NCBI GenBank assembly: GCA_030704615.1
Contig: CM060733.1
Span: forward strand, 31,806,001-31,870,000
Direction of reading: 5' to 3'
DNA: 64,000 nucleotides
Source: Takakia lepidozioides
Lineage: Eukaryota; Plantae; Bryophyta
This document shows, piece after piece, positions 51,923 to 64,000 of this stretch. Made by a program: the position numbers and the translations under genes. The notes beneath the pieces are model-generated. The model did no database searches, was not told where the DNA came from, and saw only the letters and a program-made list of their open reading frames with translations. Position 1 is the first letter of the stretch, and each line of letters starts with the position of its first letter.

Positions 51923-54811
51923 TATTGATGTCTAAACAAAAGCAAAACTTGTTTGTAAATTTTGCTCCTGATTTACTTGACCTATGGTTTTATATAATGC
52001 TACAATTTTTCTTATAATATTAAATTTGGACCATCAAAGTGATCATAGCTATCTTTATTGATTTTGTATTATGTCTTAAATCTCATTAATTAAGACCATA
52101 AATACTTTAGTATTATATACTATGGAAATCAAAATTTGGCAAATGTGTGTTCCACAACACATCATCAAGTTGATCATTTATATGTTATGTTCAATTTTGG
52201 ACAAAAGTACGATTAGAATTTTCAAAGAAAAATGATCTAAGTAGTTTAATCCGTGCTTACAAAAACTGTATGGCAATATTGTATGAAGTGAACAAGTATT
52301 TTGACAAAGTCCACTCACTGATTTAGCCAATTGCCATCTCCAAAGTTGAAGTGTATATTTTCAATATCTTGCACTTAAATCCACTTCATTTGATGTCTAG
52401 GTAAATCAATATTGTTTTACTAGAAAATGTCAAGTTTGTTTATTGGATCCAAAACATACCAATCTCAACCATACTCCATAATGGGTCATTTTCTACCTTC
52501 AGACGAAATCATTCATTACTCATTCATTTGCATTAAGTTTTATTATAATATTTCGTTTCCAAACGATATTCCACATTTGTTTGCATTTTTTTAGTTAAAT
52601 ACTTTCAATTCTCATTTGCCATGACTTACTTGTAACAAAGCTAGTTCAAAATCTCCATCATGCTTTGAAGCTCATTTACATGAGGCATTTAATGCTTTTA
52701 GTCATTCCATCATCAAGTCCATTCCCATCTCCATGGATTTTGTCACATCATTGTGCCTTTATGATTCTTAATATTAATGAGAATTTTAATCCTTGCACGT
52801 ATATACATATATATACCCACACACACAAACAAACAATGTGATATAATAGCTCGATTTCATAATTTATGATCATCTTCCAATAGTTTATCACTTAATATGA
52901 ATTGTGGATGTAATATCAGCAGCAATTGGTAGCTTAGTTGGATAGTGCCCTTTGGTGTCCCCCAGTGGTTTCGGGCTCAAATCCTGCTATCTTGTCCTAC
53001 ATGTTATTGTTTCGTGGTCGGTTGGTCAATTTGGTGATGGTGTCTCATGCATGCTGATAAAATTTAATCATACTAGATGTAAGATGAGTTGGATGGAGTT
53101 TTATATAGAGAGATATATGACGCCAAACCGAAGTTAGTGAAAATACAATCTTTCTCCCTTTTGGATAGTGCCTCCTTGCTCTATATGTAGGAGCTAGAAT
53201 GCACTAGGCCGAGATTTGTCAAGCTAAAAGATGGGAGCGAGCACTTGGAGGTTGTTCAAAATACAAGTATGGTATAAACAAAACTCAAAATATATTGATA
53301 TTACTTGGACACTTGATCAAAATTCGTTGAACACTAGTAACAAGCATATGGAGGGTTTTTGATGTTGGTCGAAGTAAAATACATTTCATGACCAAAACCC
53401 CACCAAAACCTGATTTCCACTTTGTTTATTGAAAGAGCAGCTATATATACATATTATTCTCATACCAAGGTTTTTGCTCACAAAATGTATGTGATACTGG
53501 TATCAAGTACCAAATTCTCAACCACCTACCAGGTTGATATAGTATCACCCTAAGTGTTATTAACATGATATCGGGCCAACATAGGTATATGCTGGTAGTG
53601 GCGATAGCTAATACTAGACTACTTAGTTATGGTACTTCATACTAATACCATTATTAGTCTACGAATCCCACATTGGTATGCTCACGTAGTGTTTAGAGTG
53701 TCCTTGAGCACATTTCTTAATTAGCAAAATGTCCTTTTGTTTTTGGTTGTTTCATTATTCACACATTTTATAATCATTTCATTGTAATCTTAACTTTTTT
53801 TTTTCGTTTCAACTACTAATTCCTACGAATGATTCCGTGTAAAGATTCATCATAAAAAATAACCTTATCATATTTATATGCATTATGTCTACTTGTTAGA
53901 AAAATTATTGTCAATTGTTCTGTACGTATTTAAAATAAAATTTTATGATCTAATTTCACTGATTCTAGGGTTAATGTAGCAGAATATGTTAGATACACCA
54001 CAAGCGAACGTCTCAAAAGAGAAACCAATCAAAGATCGGATGTGGAAACAATTTTTTTGTGATTAAGTACCCCAAGAATCATGTAAAGTGGTCCGGATTT
54101 GGAAAATTAGGGAAGTAATGTTGGTGGAAGTAACGAGTGTTTGGCTTGGGCTTTTGTTCAGCCTTCCAAAAACATCTTCGAGGATATATATACAACCAAG
54201 CCCTTCTCGATTGTGGCCTCTTGGGGATTAATCTCCTAAGCAGCCACACCATATATGGCCATTGGTTAACTTAAGAACTCCTAGTCTCTTTTCCAACGCC
54301 GATAGGCCCATGCCCCTCACTTACTATCCATTTGATTAATGAATTTACATTTTGCCATGACCAGGTCTACCATACCAATCAATACTGAAAAGAGAAAACA
54401 TTATGAATCGCAGCTAATTCTAGCCCTTTGTCAACACGGATGGCGCATCGCCCTATTAGAGGCACTAACAGCCATAAGCATTAATACTCTACACCCAAAC
54501 TTCAAATTGCCGTACTACCACCAGCAAACTGCTTCGTCTCCTCCATTTCATAGCCATCAAATCCCTTACACCTCTCATCCTCAACAAACACTAGACTAAA
54601 AGTGGCCAGCTTGCCGCTTCGTAGGTAGGTTCTTCACCTAATATAACCCACCCCCAAAACAAGATGGTTCCCGGAAGGATAAACGACTGTTATTTACGCT
54701 AACTTTGGTTGGCATTATGTATATCTGAAAATAACGTGGTTCTTATTGTTTTCCAATGAAAATATGTCCACTCCAAATTTGTCAAAATAGTGGGGTTTGG
54801 GGTATCACATA

Positions 54812-55611
54812 TTAGAGAGAGAGAGAGAGAGAATACTCCGGCCGAAGCCGGCGTAACTAAGAGCCACTTCGACTTGCGGCTACTGCCCCCTTTTCAGGGG
54901 TGGGCCCTATGTGAACAAGAAACCAGTGTCCAGGGGATACCATGTAACCGAGGGGAGGAAGGTACCTCTGGGGCAATAGGTGCCCATTGGGTATCCGCGG
55001 CCCCCAAGGTGCCTAGGAAGCAGGTGGGAGGGTTTCTAGTTGTCGCTTGTTGGTAATGATAGCCGTAAGAGAACGAAGCAATGTGAGGTGTATGGCTTTA
55101 AAGTATTTATGTATAGAGGTGATGGGGAGTTTAAAATTGTTTTGAAGCGCAAAGATGCTGGCGTTACGGATGCCGTCTCTGGTGCCGGCAGTGATGACGG
55201 TAAGTGGGCCTGTGTTCCAGCCGCGACGGCGGATGGCCAAGATGAGTGGTGCGTATTTCTGTCGTTTTTCAAGAGTGGAGGTGCCGGGAAACTGGTCATT
55301 GCAATAGGTGAATTCAATGAAGTGTATGGTGAGTGCTTGGGTCGGGTCGATGGGGAGGTTGAGTTTTTCATGAGCAGAACTCCATGAGCAGTGAACAGGT
55401 TTTACCGAACAGTGTCGAACTTAAGGGAATATTCATATAATATATCAAATATCCAAAGAATATTCTTCCAAACCAGTGCCAAGCCTATGTAGAGGAATAT
55501 TTTATCAAGGAATATTCTTTCAAATTTGTGCCGAGCCTATGCCGAACCACTTTCGAACCTATGGCACTGTTCGGCGCTGAACAGTGCCGACACCTACGTT
55601 TTCTAAGAAAC

Positions 55612-55647
<36 letters not shown>

Positions 55648-58600
55648 CCCTTAATTTGTTTTTTAGTGTATGAAATGGTATTCGGTGCCGAACCTTCAAT
55701 ATTTGAGGGGTTATATGCAATATAAATTTAGGAAAAATCTCATTTGGAATCCATAAACCGAACCTATCCCAAACCTATCGTGAACCTGGAAGTGATTCAA
55801 CAAACAGGTTCGGGCGGTTTGGTGATGTTCGGCAAAACCTCCTCACTGCTCACTGCTCATGGATTTTCACCCCGTCGAGGGGTGGGGGAGCATTTATGGG
55901 GAGACCCTGGACCAGCAAAATGTCAGGGCAAAGTCTAGCTGGGCAAGTACAAGATGCGCGTGGTTGACATGCACAGGGAAGTAGCCAGTCCGGCACCGTG
56001 TGATCGGGGGGTCGGCCGTGATATGTGCCAGCATTGATAAGTGAGAACCATCTGGTATCATTACGGCGCGATAGAAGTTTGTGGATATGCCAGACGACAT
56101 GGTTATGCCGAGCAATACGAAGCCCGTGGATGATGGGATGGGGACATTCGCTGAGGAGATGGGGCCAGGCGTCGCGGGTTGCATGAATGTGGGAGCAAAG
56201 TGGGCAGTTCGGGGATGGATATAGGTTTGGCCAGAAGGTGTGCTTACGCTGGTGGCCCATGTATTGGGCGTATCTGAATTTAAGTGTTTGACGTATTTGG
56301 GCATCAGTAGCGGCGTTTGTGTGCCAGAAGTGGTTGGATAGTTTGTGGTGAAGTACTGTGGATTGTGTCCATTTTTTAACATGTAGTTTTAGTGTGGCTA
56401 AGAGAGGAAGATTCTTGTTTGTTAGCTTCTTTAGTTAGGATAGAGAAAGTTCTGTATGGGTTGTGGTTCATGGGGATCTGGTACCGGGTGGATCATCCAA
56501 AATGGGTGCAAATGTGCAATATGGATGGGGTCAGCCGAGGGTTCGACCGGGGGTTCAGAAGCTCCATGCTGAGCGAGGAGGTCTGCCTCTCCATTGCTGT
56601 TAATACCTATGTGTGAATGCACTTTAATGAAGTGTACATGTTTATTGATGGAAATAGCAAGAGTGATAATAGCAGAGATAAGGTTACGATGGGGATGATG
56701 GTGTTGGGAGGAGGGGCAGATAAGGTGATTACGGAGCAGAAAAAGTGAGGTTAGGCTGTCTGTAAAAATGTAGTAGGGAGGGAAGAACGAGGACAATTGG
56801 GAGAGCGCTTCGAAAATAGCCATAAACTCGGCGCACAATATGGTTGCGGGGCCCAGTAGTCTGTGGGAGGTTCCTGTGTTAGTGGCGGCATGGAAGATGC
56901 CATATCCGGCTCTGGAGCCGGAGTGAAAGCCGTCTGTGTAGTGGGGGGTATTTGGGGGAAGTGTGCCCCAAGTAAACCGGTGGGGCGCCATATGAGGTCG
57001 TATCAATGCATGGTGTGTTGACGACGGTGTGCTTTAGCCCATACTTGGTTGAGCCTGGGGGGTGGTCTAGGGGGCGGGGGGGGGGGGGGGGGGGGTGTGT
57101 TGGTGGGGGTGGGTAGGTGGTGAGTACCATGTGATGGGTGTCGGACAAGAGAAGGTTAAGGCGGGTGTGAAAGGTTAAAGGTATGGAGGTGTTGGAGGGG
57201 TGTTGGGCTAGTAAAAGTAGGGTGAGGCTGGGTTCCTTGTGGCGTAAGTATTTAGGGAAGGGTGGGTTGTGCTTATGTCAAAGGTGGCTTGGTTCAATAG
57301 CTGCCAAGTGCGTCACCTCCGGTGGGAGTTGTAAGAGGGGGGTGTTGGTGGTCGGGGGATCTTTGTTGCGTGAGAATGAGGATAGTGGTAGATGAGGGGG
57401 AGGAGTGGGCAACAAGGCGCGCCCATTGAAGGGCCTCGTGCATGAGGGAACCGGGTGGTGGGTGTGCAAGGCCATGACCGGACCAGGTATGTTGGGTTGC
57501 GGAGCCTAGAGCTCCAAAAACATAGTCACGAGGGTGCGGACTGTCATACGATGATAGTTCAAGGGGGCAAGTGAAGAAGGCTGGAGTAGTATGAATGGGT
57601 AAGTTGGAATGAGGTGATGAATAGCTTGAGAATGTCCGGAGGGATGGTGCTATGGGTGTAGGCATGTGCTAGTTTATCAGTGGTGTGAGGATTTTTAGGG
57701 GGAGTTGCGCGTAGGTAGCGGTCTATCAGTCAACAAACCTCAGTGGCAAAGTCTTGCTTTGGTGGGTAATTGGTTAGTGTGGGTGGAGGAGGCAGAGTAT
57801 CTATACCATAGCCCGGCAAGCCTCACATTGGAAATTGTCCCAGCGAAACGACTGTTGAGTATATATATGTTGGATGCTCTAGGGCCAGGGCATATGATGG
57901 GAAAATATATGCTCAATTTCTTTGTCTGGGTTATATTCTGTGGTCTGTACATGGATATTTGGGGCATCAAGGGGAAGGTGGATGTGTCGGGCGTCAAGTA
58001 GCTGGCTCTGGGAGACGTGGTGTTTGTGGATATGTGCTAGGTAGTTGGTGTTTGTTAGCTGGTGGAATCTCGTGAGAAGATTTCGGTTATGGTCTGGGTC
58101 GCAGTCTTCGTGGACCCCGAAGATGTCATCCTCTATTTGCCACGTGTTGTCTCCCGCAGGGAAGCCAGCCCATTTACATAGGTAGTATGTATCAATGCAA
58201 GTGGTGCCAAGTGAATCAAGTGAGGTTTGAGTTTTGATGCCAAGGATAGCCTCAATGACGAAGGCCTCGCGGTGGTCGGGGGTTAGTTGGATGGGGGGTA
58301 AGCAAGGGAGTAGGCGATAGTGGGGAGTGAGTGGGGGTTTGATTTGTTGTGGCATGGGGGGAGGAAGTGAGGGGGGGAGGGGTGTCTGAGGATAGGTGTG
58401 TATGGGTGCCTTGGAAGGCTTTAAGCTTTTGAAGTATTGAGGGGGCTGGGGCTGTTCTGAATTCAGGAAGGAGGTCTTGTCTGTTGTGGGGGAAGAATAG
58501 GCAAGGGAGGTCGCAATCGAGGGTACAAGGACGTTGTCGGATGACAGAAGAGGGAGCGAAGGTGTAGCAGATATCTACGCGTTTTGATAGTGGCACATGA

Positions 58601-59075
58601 ATGTTTCAAGGTAAATTGGTTTGGAGTTAATATCCGGCTGCTAGTGGCTATGGTGAGTTGGGTGAGGGTAGTTATATGACGAGCTTTGAAGTAGTAGGAT
58701 GGGTTTCTTTTGGCGGGGGTGTGCGGTCTCAAATTATGAAAGAAAATGACTATTATGTCAGGCACATTCAAGTGGTGATATATAATTTGGGTAGCCAGGG
58801 AGATCCGTTTGTACGCTTATGTTCATTTGGCGCAGGATGAACAGTGTGCGGCCGGTGGGGGAGTGAAGGCAAGATTGGGGATGAAGAGCGGGGAGAGAGT
58901 AAAATCCATTATATTTAGAGGCCATGTGCTTAAGAAGTCCGCGAAAGATTAGCCCGAGGCGACCAGGGTCGTTAAAGGCCTCTTAGAGTTGTGTGGAGAG
59001 TGCGAGCATAGGAAATAATTATGAGGCTAGATCCTATTCCGTAGCTGTCTTGTGGTATCACATATTACCTAACAT
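54812..59075 (-). mobile_element. 5'-truncated Dualen/RandI-like LINE: post-RT region, chromodomain, MTase-like module, RNase H, CCHC, RLE, 3' UTR and (CT)n tail
   Basis: FNDPGRLG; FVIEAILG...YLCKWAG...NTW; YTDG...EFMAI...TDS...KVHSH...GEAD; CPLC...H...C, RHN, PDILLV, IEFTYCND, KRQKY. Stop at 55013, then a microsatellite tail at 54813-54831. Confidence 0.8.
55355..55873. mobile_element. 519-bp non-autonomous MULE (MITE) inserted in the LINE endonuclease
   Basis: Ends GAGGTTGAGTTTTTCATGAGCAGAAC and (reverse complement) GGGGTGAAAATCCATGAGC resemble the 630/7632 ends. 9-bp TSD GTCGATGGG/GTCGAGGGG (8/9). The LINE frame resumes across it. Confidence 0.88.
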
Positions 59076-59199
59076 TGGTTACTCCAAGGAAAGTATATAG
59101 GGTTGCCTATGGGGAGTACCGTTGCATGTCAACATGAATATATAATACAATATCGGCCACCTGACTTGTCAGATAACCCCCGTCCCCAAGAAGATTCTA

Positions 59200-61164
59200 A
59201 TGTCCCAACATATTTTCTCAAAATACTAAGCCCAAGTGAAATCTTCTATTCATGTATCCAAGTGCATCTCCCATGTACAGGCCCAAGTGTCCAGTGTCAT
59301 CCAAGTCCAAGTGCAATCCCATATCTCATCATTTATTTATTTATTTTGTTTTCCAGAGAGCCTACGACCAGATTTGAACCGGAGACCTTTCCCTTGATAT
59401 CTCTCCCATCGAGGCTCCAACCATTGTCCCAGGATTGCCCACTTTGCCATTTTTGTTATTTTTTGTGAATTTCCAGCGACCAAAAGTACTTGGAATTCCA
59501 CATCTCCCACACCACAGGTCCAAAAATCATCAGACCAAGCCCATGCACCCCTCCTCCTCGAGGGCTTTCCAACGGTACAAAACACCAGGGTTGGGGCCTC
59601 GCGGTTTGGGACATCTCAACGTGACAAAACAAACAAACGTCTCGCTTCATTTATTGACTAGGATAGCTTGTGCCGTTGGCCGAAGTGTCCAGGGTCATCT
59701 AAGCCCATGTGCAATCTCCCATGTATCCAAGTGCGTCTCCTATGTCGAGGCCCAAGTCGACCTCTATGGTATCTTGTGCCGTTGGCTTGTCATTGCCCAC
59801 TTTGCTAGTTTTGCAATCTCCCCTGTCAAGGCTTCATATATCGATATTTCCACTTTGCTATTTTTTGCAAATTTCCAGCGACCCAAATCTCCCACATGAA
59901 GGGCCAATCATTGCTCTAAGAAAGCCACTTTGCTATTTTTCTCGAACTTCCAACGATCCAAAACACTTGAAATTCCAGATCTCCCACACCGCTCTAAGAA
60001 TCATGAGACCAAGCCGGTGCACCCCTCCTCACCAAGGGCTTTCCAACGACACCAAGCACCCGCTGTGGGGCCCCACAATTTGGGAGATCTCAACGACGCT
60101 ACAAAACAAAACAAAACAAACAAACGTCTCGATTCATATGTTGCAAATTTCTAGCGACTAAAAGATTTGAAATTCCAAATCTCCCACACGAAGGGCCAAT
60201 CATTGCCCTAGGAAAGCCCACTTTTCTATTTTTCTCGAATTTCCAATGACCCAAAGCACTTGAAATTCCAAATCTCCCACACCGCTGGTCCAAAAATCAT
60301 GAGGGTAGCCTTTGCCGTTGGTGTCCAGTCTCATCTAAGTCCAAGTGCATCAATATATAAAGCAAGCCATATCCAATCACTGTTTTTCCACAAAGCCTAC
60401 AACCAAATTTGAACGGAGACTTTTCCCTTTATATTTCCAAGTGCTATCCCCTATATATCCAAGTGTGTCTCCTATGTCGAGGCTCAAATGCGACCTCTAG
60501 GGTAGCTTGTACCGTTGGCCCAAATGCCCAGTGTCATCTAAGCCCAAGTGCAAGATCTCATATGTATCATAGTGGATCTCATATGTATCATAGTGCGTCT
60601 TATAAGTGAGGCCCAAGTGCTAGCTCTAGGGTAGCTTGTGCCGTTGGCCTAAGTGTCCACACTACAGGAAAGGGGGGGGGGGGGGTTTTCGACGCCGCGG
60701 CGTCGAAAAACAACCTTTTTCGGGCAAGGGGGAAGAACCAAATTTGCAACGCCCGGGCATCGCAAGCCCGTCACCAAAAAACCGTCGTAAATTTGCGACC
60801 AATGGGGGTTGCAAATAGGCGAAACCGCGATTTGCGACGCCAGGGCATCGGAACGGAAAAAAAAAAAAAACCTACACTGCAATGCAGAATTAGCACCGTC
60901 CGGGGGTCGCAAAGTGCGACGCCCGAACGTCACAATTTAAGGGGGTACATTTGAATTTAGGCGGGAAAATTTGAATTTGAAATTTGAATTTCAAAAACTT
61001 GTTGACCATTAACTCCGGTTCTGTCTAATGACGATATGTTCATTGTTCTATATATATCATGCAATGCATACTTGAACCTAAGACCTCCATGTTATAACAT
61101 TTCTGAGACACTACAAACTAACCAACACACCTATGTTACATCTATGTATCACAAAGCAATCTAA

Positions 61165-61198
<34 letters not shown>

Positions 61199-64000
61199 AG
61201 ATTTCCTTCAGGTTCCTTCAAGTTCTTTCTAAGGGGGTCTATCTTGTGACGCTGGGGAGTTGCAACCTCCACATCCTTAGTGCCCAGCCCTAGCTCCAGC
61301 CCTAGCCCCAACCCCAGCGTCGTTGCCGTTGTTGCACCCCCCCACCGTCAGGCGCCCCAAGCGACATCATTGTGATGACCTAAGCTGACCACAACACCAT
61401 TGCGACCCCGTGTGGCGACGCCGTTGCGACCCCCTGGCGTCGCAATGTTGGGCGTCCCAGCGCGGGGCGCCCCCAGTGACGTTTTTGTGAAGTTGAGGGC
61501 CGCAAAGCCCCAAAAAAAAAAAACTCCCACTGTGCTGATGGCTGTTGCGACGTCGAGGCGTCGCAACGTCCATTTTTATTTTTATTTTTGTTTTGTTTTG
61601 TTTTGGGATTTCCCGACGTCGGGGCGTCGCAAGAAAAAAAATCCGTCGCAGCGAGGGCTCTCTTTCCCCTTCATGCCACCTTACGACGGCTGGGCGTCGT
61701 AATGGTGTCGTAGCAGGGGATTGCGACGCCGGGGCGTCACAAAAAAATGCCGCAGGATCGGCGTCACGGGCTCAGCGTCGCGCGGGGCATGGGGGCGTGG
61801 CTGGCGTCGCACCCCCCCCCCCCCCCCCCCATTTGCTGTAGTGTCACTCTCATCTAAGTCATCTAAATAAAATGATTTAGCCATATCTAATCATTTTTTT
61901 ATTTTTTTTTTCCACTTAGCTGATGACCAGATTTGAACCGGAGACCTCTCCCTTGTTGTCTCTCCTGTCAAGGCTCCAACCATTCTCCCAGGAATGCCTA
62001 CTTTGCTATTTTTCCGAATTTCCAACGGCCCAATGGCATCTAAGTAAGTTTTTTTCCAGAGAGCCTACGACCATATTTGAACCGGAGACCCTTACCTTGA
62101 TATCTCTCCCGTCGAGGCTCCAACCATTGTCCCATGAATGCCCACTTTGCCATTTTTGCTATTTTTTGTGAATTTCCAGCGACCCAAAGTAGTTGGAATT
62201 CCATTCCCTCACCGCTTGTCCAAAAATCGTGAGATCAAGCCGGTGCACCCTTCCTCATCGAGGGTTTTCCAACGGCACCAAGCACCCGCGCTGGGGTCCA
62301 GCGGGTTGGGAGATCTCAACGACGCTACAAAACAAAACAAAACAAACGTTTCGGTTCATATATTGACTAGGGTAGCCTATGCTGTTGGCCCAAGTGTCCA
62401 GGGTTATGTAAGCCCAAGTGCAATCTCCTATGCATTCAAGTGGGTCTCCTATGTCTAGGCCCAAGTATGACCTCCAGGGTAGCATGTGCCGTTGCCCCAG
62501 TGTCCAATGTCATCTAAGTCATCCAAGTCCAATCATTTTTTTTTCCACGGAATCTACGACCTGGTTTGAACCGGAGACCTTTTCCTTGATATCTCTCCCG
62601 CCGAGGCTCCGATCATTGTGCCGGGATTAAACCCCACTTTTGTATTTTTTGCGAATTTCTAGTGACCAAAAGTACTTGAAGTTCTAAATCTCCCACATGA
62701 AGGGCCAATCATTGCTCCAGGAAAGCCCACTTTGCTATTTTTCTTGAATTTCCAACGACCCAAAGCACTTGAAATTCTAGATCTCCCACACTGCTGGTCC
62801 AAAAAACATGAGACCAAGCCGGTGCACCCCTCATTGTCGAGGGCTTTCCTACTTCACCAAGCACCCACGTTGGGGCCCCGCGATTTGGGAGATCTCAACG
62901 ACGCTACAAAACGAAACAAACAAAACAAAACAAAACAAACGTCTCGCTTCATATATTGATTGTATACAATTCTCTTCAGTCACTTATCAAGGTGCCAAGC
63001 TACCTTTACTTAAAACTAGGGTAGCCTGTGCCGTTGGCCCATGTGTGACGTATTGAAATCTAAGCCCAAGTGCAATCTCATGTATTCAAAGTGCTTCTCC
63101 CATGTAGAGGCCCAAGTGTGACCTCCAGTGTCCATTGTCATCTAAGTCCAAGGGCAATCCCCTATGCATCCAAAGACCCTACAGTTGGGAGATCTCCACA
63201 TCATTGTTCCAACAAAGCCAACTTTGCTATTTTTTGCAATCTCCCCTGTCGAGGCTTCATATATTTTTATATCCACTTTGCTATTTTTCGCGAATTTTCA
63301 GTGACCAAAAATACTTGAAATTCCAAATCTCCCACGTGAAGGGCCAATCATTACTCCATGAAAGCCCACTGTGCTATTTTTCACGAATTTCCAACGGTCC
63401 AAAGTACTTGAAATTCGACATCTCCCACACCGCCAGTCAAAAAATCATGAGACCAAGCCGGTGCACCCCTCCTCATCGAGGCTTTCCAACGGCACCAAGC
63501 ACCGAGGCTGGGGCCGCGGTTTGGGAGATCTCAATGATGCTACAAAACAAAACAAAACAAACAAACAAACCGGCCTCCTTAATACATTGATGAGTCAGTT
63601 TACTGCATAGAAGGCATGTATCTTAGCTTGCTAATATATGTATTGTATTTTATATACATTACATATGGTCCAAAAGTAGCTTGACATGAAATATTTATAA
63701 GAATCTATCTAGGCTTAAAAGATTCCTCACTTATCAAGCCTGAGGACATGATACATGGAATCTTCACCGATATTCTTCACACATGGGCCAACGATGATAG
63801 GCTACACTAGAGGTCGCACTTGGGCCTCGACATAGGAGACGCACTCGGATACATAATGAATTGTACTTGGTCTTAGATTTCAATTCTTCACACATGGGCC
63901 AAAGGCACATGCTACCCTAGAGGTCGCATTTGGGCCTCGACATATGAGACGCATTTGGATACATATGGGATTGCACTTGGACTTAAACGACACTAGATAC
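59200..64000. repeat. Patchwork of a non-coding interspersed repeat family with internally repeated modules
   Basis: Recurrent GGGTAGC.TGTGCCGTTGGCCCAAG, TTTGAACCGGAGACC, CCGGTGCACCCCTCCTC and GAGATCTCAAC...AAAACAAAAC modules. The last ~250 bp are inverted. Confidence 0.85.
60660..61843. mobile_element. Non-autonomous CACTA element, 1184 bp
   Basis: TIRs CACTACAG(G/C)AAA..poly-G at both ends, many GCGACGCC/GGCGTCGC subterminal repeats, 3-bp TSD CCA/TCA (one mismatch). Confidence 0.9.

Noticed and set aside
59103-63610. Numerous short ORFs in the terminal repeat region
   Set aside because: They are recurring translations of non-coding repeat modules with no protein motifs.

Overview
Eukaryotic, transposon-dense nuclear DNA with spliceosomal introns and one 500-N gap. 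It is most likely from a non-seed land plant such as a bryophyte; this is inferred from the element types. There is one intact host-type gene, a five-exon CYP72-clan cytochrome P450 (21396-24265, minus strand, 536 aa), bracketed by a long inverted repeat pair. The rest is nested mobile DNA: two Mutator-like (MULE) transposases with a GCM/WRKY-like N-terminal zinc domain, a related 519-bp MITE with a 9-bp TSD, a large and a small CACTA element, a full-length but recombinant chromovirus, several Ty3/Gypsy fragments, an L1 RT fragment, and Dualen/RandI-like non-LTR retrotransposon pieces. Two candidates for undescribed systems stand out. (1) A ParB/Srx-like gene lies head-to-head with the second MULE transposase and directly behind about 19 copies of a 40-bp palindrome (18-4-18) whose 4-nt centre occurs in both orientations (CCAA/TTGG). 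(2) A Dualen-like LINE carries a chromodomain and a PCIF1-like adenine-methyltransferase-like module ahead of RNase H and a restriction-like endonuclease. All domain calls are from motif recognition by eye; no searches were run.
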